Assembly: GCA_032718475.1 (NCBI GenBank)
Contig: JAUCBJ010007629.1
Location: 62,001-126,000 of the forward strand
Reading direction: 5' to 3'
DNA from: Nemertoderma westbladi
Taxonomy: Eukaryota; Animalia; Xenacoelomorpha
DNA length: 64,000 bases
Part shown: in pieces, positions 58,290-64,000 of the stretch
Numbering within the stretch: position 1 is the first letter of the stretch
How the letters are laid out: each line of letters begins with the position of its first letter
Program-made: the position numbers and the translations under genes
Notes under the pieces: model-generated
Database searches by the model: none
Told to the model about the DNA's origin: nothing
What the model saw: the letters and a program-made list of their open reading frames with translations, nothing else

Positions 58290-59635
58290 ATGTCAATTAT
58301 TAAGGAATTAGATTTATTTTCTACACAGCCAATACAGACTGAATTTAAAGCAAAGCATTATGAAACAATTTACCCAGTATCTAGTCTCAGAAGCGAGTCT
58401 AGGGAAGTCACGTTTCTTGTACCAAGATCCAATGAATTCTAAACGAAACTGCAAGATGCGTTATTAATTACAAAATGTACTGTACGGTGGGATAGACTAC
58501 TTGAAAACTCACATATTTTATGTTGAATTACCCCTCTGGAACTATGTGGAGTGATATTAAAATAGACCTCAATGAGAAGCAGGTTGAAAATAGCAATAAC
58601 CATTATTTCTACAAGTCGTACTTATCCAATTTACTATTTACTACATATGAAACAAAAAATGGGCTACTGGGGGCAGGCGGCTTTCGTCAGCCTTTATCCG
58701 AACACGAAAATTAAATTAATCCTGGCGTGCATCCTATTGCCGATTGCGGATATTTGGTAAACAAATGCAATTTGTAAGTGGATTGACGATTGATTTTGAT
58801 ACTGAAAGTAAAATAATACAACCCGGGTATGATTTAAGAATACATTTTAGAAAAGTATCAAATTCGTTTATTTTTAAAATCACTCCAAACGCAAACACTG
58901 TGACAAATCTTCGGCTAGAATTAGATGAAGTAAAGATCCAAAACCCTAGAATGGAATCCAGTAATAGAAAGCAGCCATCTACTACTAGGATCGGCATGCT
59001 GCATTGCAGCTGCATTTTTAATGCAGCTATTTCTACAGCTAATTCTCAGCTAATTCTGCAGCCATCTAAAAGGTTTAGAGAGCTACGATATTGAATATAA
59101 ATTTAAAAAAAAAGAAGTTACTACATTTACTATTCCCGCTCAAACCACAAATTACACCCAAACAAACATATTTGATGGTAAAAAACCCAAATTGGTTATT
59201 ATCGGTTTTATAACAAATAATTCATATTCGGGTGAATTAACTAGGAATCCGTTGAAATTTGAACATTTTAACCTTAGACACGCGGAACTGATTGTAGACG
59301 GTCCTCCAGTAGGTGGTGTAATATACGAGCCTAATTTTACAGATGGAACATACATTTTTGAGTATACTCAATTAATGAAGAACATTAATACATATATTAA
59401 CGGTTATGGAGGTAATAATATAGACCATGAAACCTACTTAGGTAACTGCCCACTCATATCCTGGGACCTAACTGCCGACGGCTATGTTAGGGATCCCCAG
59501 CCATCAATATATACTAACGGACAATTAAATTTAAGATTTGCCGAACCATTGGTTGAGACCATAAATGTAATTGTTTTTAATATTTATGATCAATCATTAA
59601 GCTTAAATAGCAGGAAAGAAATACATATCGATTAA
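58290..59635 (+). pseudogene. Polinton major capsid protein (copy 2)
   Basis: Mirror of 20178-21523 with the same lesions, including the short RTE insert at 58982-59057. Confidence 0.88.
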
Positions 59636-59637
59636 GT

Positions 59638-60033
59638 ATGTTATCTACAGAGGACCTTGATATGTTTCCAGTGGGTGGTCACTATTTGGGGGCATTTCCG
59701 TCTAATAAATTACCTAAATTAGATAATAATAAGCGAAGAGACTACGGGTTAATAGTAAATACCGATAAAGCGCATCTACCTGGTGTTCATTGGGTGGCTA
59801 TATATATACGAGATAATGAAGCTGAATTATTTAATTCATTTGGTCCAAAATATCCAAACAGATGTATTGAAAAATGGCTTGAGAAAAATTCAACAAAGTG
59901 GTGTACTACTCGCAGGCAATTTCAAGACCCTAGACGGACCATATGCGGGTTATACTGTCTTTATTACTTGGTAAATCGAATTCACACAAACTATCCAATG
60001 AGAGCGTTTACAAATAATGTGAAAAATAAATGA
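59638..60033 (+). CDS. Adenain-like cysteine protease (copy 2)
   Basis: Identical translation to 19780-20175. Confidence 0.92.
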   Translation: MLSTEDLDMFPVGGHYLGAFPSNKLPKLDNNKRRDYGLIVNTDKAHLPGVHWVAIYIRDNEAELFNSFGPKYPNRCIEKWLEKNSTKWCTTRRQFQDPRRTICGLYCLYYLVNRIHTNYPMRAFTNNVKNK

Positions 60034-60135
60034 ATTAATATTATTTAAATGGCTTGTTAATTAATATAAAATAAACCAACAGGCGTTGTAATTAATCATT
60101 TAACTTTTGTTTATTTAAAAATATTATTCGATAAA

Positions 60136-60708
60136 ATGGATAATGTTATTTTTGTTGATTTTCAATATTATAAGATAGACAATAAGGAATATCCGGTAGT
60201 ATTTAAAGAATTTGCTATATTCGATTCTAAATACAGTAAAACTAATATAAAGACGTTTTTAATTAAAGGACCTCCTGATATTAACTTATCGGCATTAGAT
60301 AAAGCCCACGTAAACAATTTACGCGATATTATATCGCATTTACCCTGGGATTACGGTGACATTTCGCAAGATGACTTTAAAAAGTACATGAAGAGACATT
60401 TGAAATATAAATATAATATATATATATTCGGGTTGATGAAAGCCGCAATATTAAATACCCAACTTGATGTTTACGCTCCAAAATTGATGAACAAATTGGG
60501 AATATTTCGACTATATTAAAATTATTTAACTCCATTTCCCTTCCACGATAAATTAACTACTGTAGAAGATAAATGTAGTTTTCACAAAGATGGTGATAGC
60601 TGCTTCAATTACTGCTCAGCGAAAAGGATTGGAGGGTATGTAACAAAGCGATTAACTGAGACAGGTGATAAACAGAAAGAAATAACTGTGGTGAATGATG
60701 TACAGTAG
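60136..60708 (+). pseudogene. Polinton DnaQ/DEDD-like ORF (copy 2)
   Basis: Mirror of 19105-19677. Confidence 0.6.
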
Positions 60709-61432
60709 GTTTACTCAAAGCTTGTAATGTGATGGGATATAATATAATTTTATTTTGGTGATGGTCTTGATGTTAATATAAAAATATAATAAAATATAAT
60801 TTTTTTTACAACAAGTTCTCTAAAAAAGAATCAATTGCGCTAGGTTAACATACCCATTTAACAATATGATGTAGACGTAACATATACAGTAAGTATTCCC
60901 GATATCATTCTAATATAGTTGTACCGGTATCACGAAACAACCTTTACATCGCAAACTAATAACACATACAGTAGTTGACCAGAGATATAACTTTAGTAAT
61001 ATTAGTCAGAAATGCAACATAATCTGTACAGGATGTAATGTTAACCTGTTGGTACCGGTACTGTTAAATTCAATAATTTAGTATAGGCCTATCCACAGCT
61101 GTCATCCACTTTATCAGTACCGGTAGTGTTTTACTCTTCCAACACTGCAGTCGCAGTCTACCGGTATCAGTAATCTAGTTCAATCTGTCAATAGCATTTG
61201 TTTTTTTCCACCTATGACTGTATAAGCATACTACAGTCCGACTGTGTCTTGATAAGCATACAACAGTCAGACAGTACCTTGATATGATAAGCATACTGCA
61301 GACAGGCTGTGCCTTGATTCTGAAAATGCTTAATTACTAACCTATCGCTAGCAGTTAGAGTTGAAATTTACTGGTAGTATTCTACTCTTCCAACACTGCA
61401 GTCACGGTCTACCGGTAATTAGTAATCTAGTT

Positions 61433-61853
61433 CAGTCAGGAACACTGGTCACAATATGTCCAATTTACAGCTAGAATGTGTCCGCGGAAAACGCTCTGAG
61501 ATTGAAATTTCTCCATAGAAAACAATGCTAAATTTAATTTGAAATCCGGCAGTGAAATTTTAACATTAGCATTCTAAAAATTATGCCATTAGGGGTAGAA
61601 TCCCCATAAAATTCTGTATAAATTAATTTGAGAATTGGAATCTCATCATTGGGATAACTATCATAATATTAAAAATAAAAAATGTACCCAGCTTCTGCTT
61701 TGAGTACTAGTGGAGTTACAACCAAAATATGTCCGGAAATATAATCGCAGCCTGTGAAGGATAAATAGTGGCTGCATGGACACTTTCTGGCTGTAAATAT
61801 GTGGAAAATTTTTGACTGAGCTTCAGCCAGAAAGTGACCAGTGTTCCTAACTG
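61433..61853. mobile_element. MITE with 5-bp TSD (copy within the duplication)
   Basis: Mirror of 17960-18380. Confidence 0.8.
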
Positions 61854-62331
61854 TAGTTCAATAGCATTTGTTTTTTTTCCACCTATAAGCATACTGCAGT
61901 CAGGCAAGCATACTGCAGTCATGACCTGGATTGCACGCATGAGCCTCACATGCAGGGATTAGATCCCCTACCCAAACAATACAGTACTGCAGTACTGTCA
62001 CTGTTGTTGTAACAGTATAGTCAGATAGAGCATACTGATTTCCTTCGATTAGCATTGTACTACAGTACTACAGTATTAATGTAACAGTACCTGCAGTAAC
62101 AAACTAACCCAATGTATGCAATATCATGAGCCAGTTACAATCAGATGTGTGCGCAGTCAACCACACTGCTGGGATGCAGTCAACCTCGCAACCAGCCTCG
62201 CAGCCAGCCTCGCAGCTACTGCCAGCTAGGATTGCAGTCAGCCTGTGAGAGTCATGCTTATTCAAACGAGGTTAGTTTTCCCTAACTACCGATAGATCGA
62301 TTGAAAAATAATAATGTTTAATTTTCACCTT

Positions 62332-62885
62332 CTAATTACCAATATATTCTACACCTAAAGTCACAACACCAAACATTAACAAATAATTAACCTGTTTACT
62401 AAATATAGGGTAATAAATGTGAAATTTGCTAGGTGAACACATTAAAGTACATTTACCGGTATGAAAGCAGCAAATGACTACGGTATTATTTATTCTTATT
62501 TTGCAATTATTAAAAATTTCAGGTTCATATATGACTTGAAGTTGTACATATCAAAGACAACATAAAACCCGGTATTGTTTATCAATAACCTATAGACTCC
62601 AGAGTTAATACTAAAAATATAAGTACATAAATTAGCAGATTTTAAAATCAAATTAATACTTGTTTTATCAAATATATTATTTTTTACTTTTTGGAAATTA
62701 TACTTACTACCTAATAATGTAATACGACCATTTTTAAATATTAATAATGTGGCACCAAATATCTTATATATAAACTGATTTGGTTTGAGTATGTGTTTAC
62801 CAGATAATTGATTTTTTAATTCTTTCAAATTAATCGCTGACACTTGCTGGCAACTTACATTCTTATTAACTATCTGATAGTTCAT
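62332..62885 (-). pseudogene. TBP-like protein (copy 2)
   Basis: Mirror of 16928-17481 with the same frameshift. Confidence 0.75.
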
Positions 62886-64000
62886 TGTTTTGTTCCCGAT
62901 AAATAGGTATATTTATTTTATTTAGTGGTTTTACAACCTTTGTTTGATAGTGACCCCAGGAAAGTGAATGATTTTTATTAACCCAATAAAGTTTATCATC
63001 AAATGCGCTGAGAGCAAACTTATCTCGTGCTATAGTGTACACTTTGTGTAATTGACTCTGAAATTGATGCGTTTCCTTAGAAATTTCTTCGTTATACTTA
63101 TATGCTCTTAAATAATCTTTTTGGCAAATTTTTTTATCCACGACAGCTCTTGTTATTCTTTTTGCCCGTCCTATATTCGTTTCATTCCATTCCAAAATTG
63201 AATATAACTTTGGACATAAAAATACAGCTTGTTTAATCTCTCATGAGCACAACTCATCTTTACAGTAATAGAGTCTGGATTTATTTTTATTACTATAAAG
63301 CGGGTGATCCTTGGGGTAATTAGAGGTATCTAGAATATTATTTTTAATTAAGGCTTTTAAGAAATTACTCTGCGATGTATTATAATAACAACCTATTAAT
63401 GAGTCTGTATCTGATGCTACAATTTCAATTCGGCAGTTTAATTCTTTCTCAATAGGTAGTAATCTATCGTAGTACAGCTCATACATATCAAGTTTGGCTA
63501 AATCCAAGACAGTACTACCTACATAGACTGGTTTATCTAATGTCACGCTGTCTTTCACTAATAAGTGTCCCGATAAGGAATTGTTTTAAATCATGAAATT
63601 TTCGTGATTTATACGTTTCACCAATTGATCGCATTTCTCATTGCTATTAGCGATACGGAAATTACATCGGTCCCGTATCTTTTCTATTGACTTACCAAAT
63701 AACGAGTTATTCAGCAGCTTTGCAACAGCTGTTTCAATATAAGTTTTTGCTAGTTGTCTTTGATTAATATTAAAATCTATATAGGGTTTAAATACAAAGT
63801 CTTGATGGAAAGAATACAATTTATGGAGCTTAGTACCAATTAAACCTTGTTTTATATAAAATTTTAGCAGTTTTAAATGTACATGATAGAATTCTTTATC
63901 GAATTGTGTCAACATAAGTTTTGGTGCACACATCTTATACTTGCTATTAGTACCTCTTTGTTTACATACATTATTAAATTGATCTTTCATATGTGGTAAA
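62866..64000 (-). pseudogene. polB: pPolB C-terminal part (copy 2, no CACTA insertion)
   Basis: 63586-63990 reads through FNINQRQ/LAKTYIETAVAKLLNNSLFGK; SDTDSL; same stops as copy 1. Confidence 0.92.

Larger units (their letters stand above)
58022..64000 (-). mobile_element. Near-identical inverted second copy of the decayed Polinton segment 13750-21791, lacking the CACTA insertion; runs off the window
   Basis: Mirror mapping x to 79813-x for 16058-21791; identical ORF translations; only a few SNPs seen. Confidence 0.95.

Noticed and set aside
58022-64000. Treating 16058-63755 as one giant element with 5.7-kb TIRs
   Set aside because: The repeat consists of internal Polinton genes, continues past the window, and its inner end is a truncation junction rather than a terminus.
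1-64000. tRNA/rRNA genes or prokaryotic/phage origin
   Set aside because: No cloverleaf or rRNA sequence was recognised (the SRL-like motif is a short hairpin only); all elements are eukaryotic TE classes.

Overview
AT-rich eukaryotic (most likely invertebrate animal) repeat-dense DNA with no recognisable host gene; the window is a stack of nested mobile elements. 1-33043 is a decayed Polinton/Maverick (adintovirus-like) element: TIRs, protein-primed PolB, A32-type ATPase, integrase, major capsid, cysteine protease, plus a TBP-like gene and DnaQ-like and RING ORFs. It is interrupted by a Ty3/Gypsy LTR element, piggyBac-, Sola- and CACTA-like non-autonomous DNA transposons, an RTE LINE and a BEL fragment. 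About 33367-56832 is a BEL/Pao element (A, minus strand) that lacks RT/RNase H/integrase core but carries an intact 866-aa DEDDy-exonuclease/zinc-knuckle ORF and arrays of putative structured RNA hairpins. A second, young BEL element (B, 41400-54874, intact gag-pro, decayed pol) is inserted in the gag of A. 58022-64000 is a near-identical inverted copy of part of the dead Polinton. All protein-family calls are from motifs read by eye; no database search was run.
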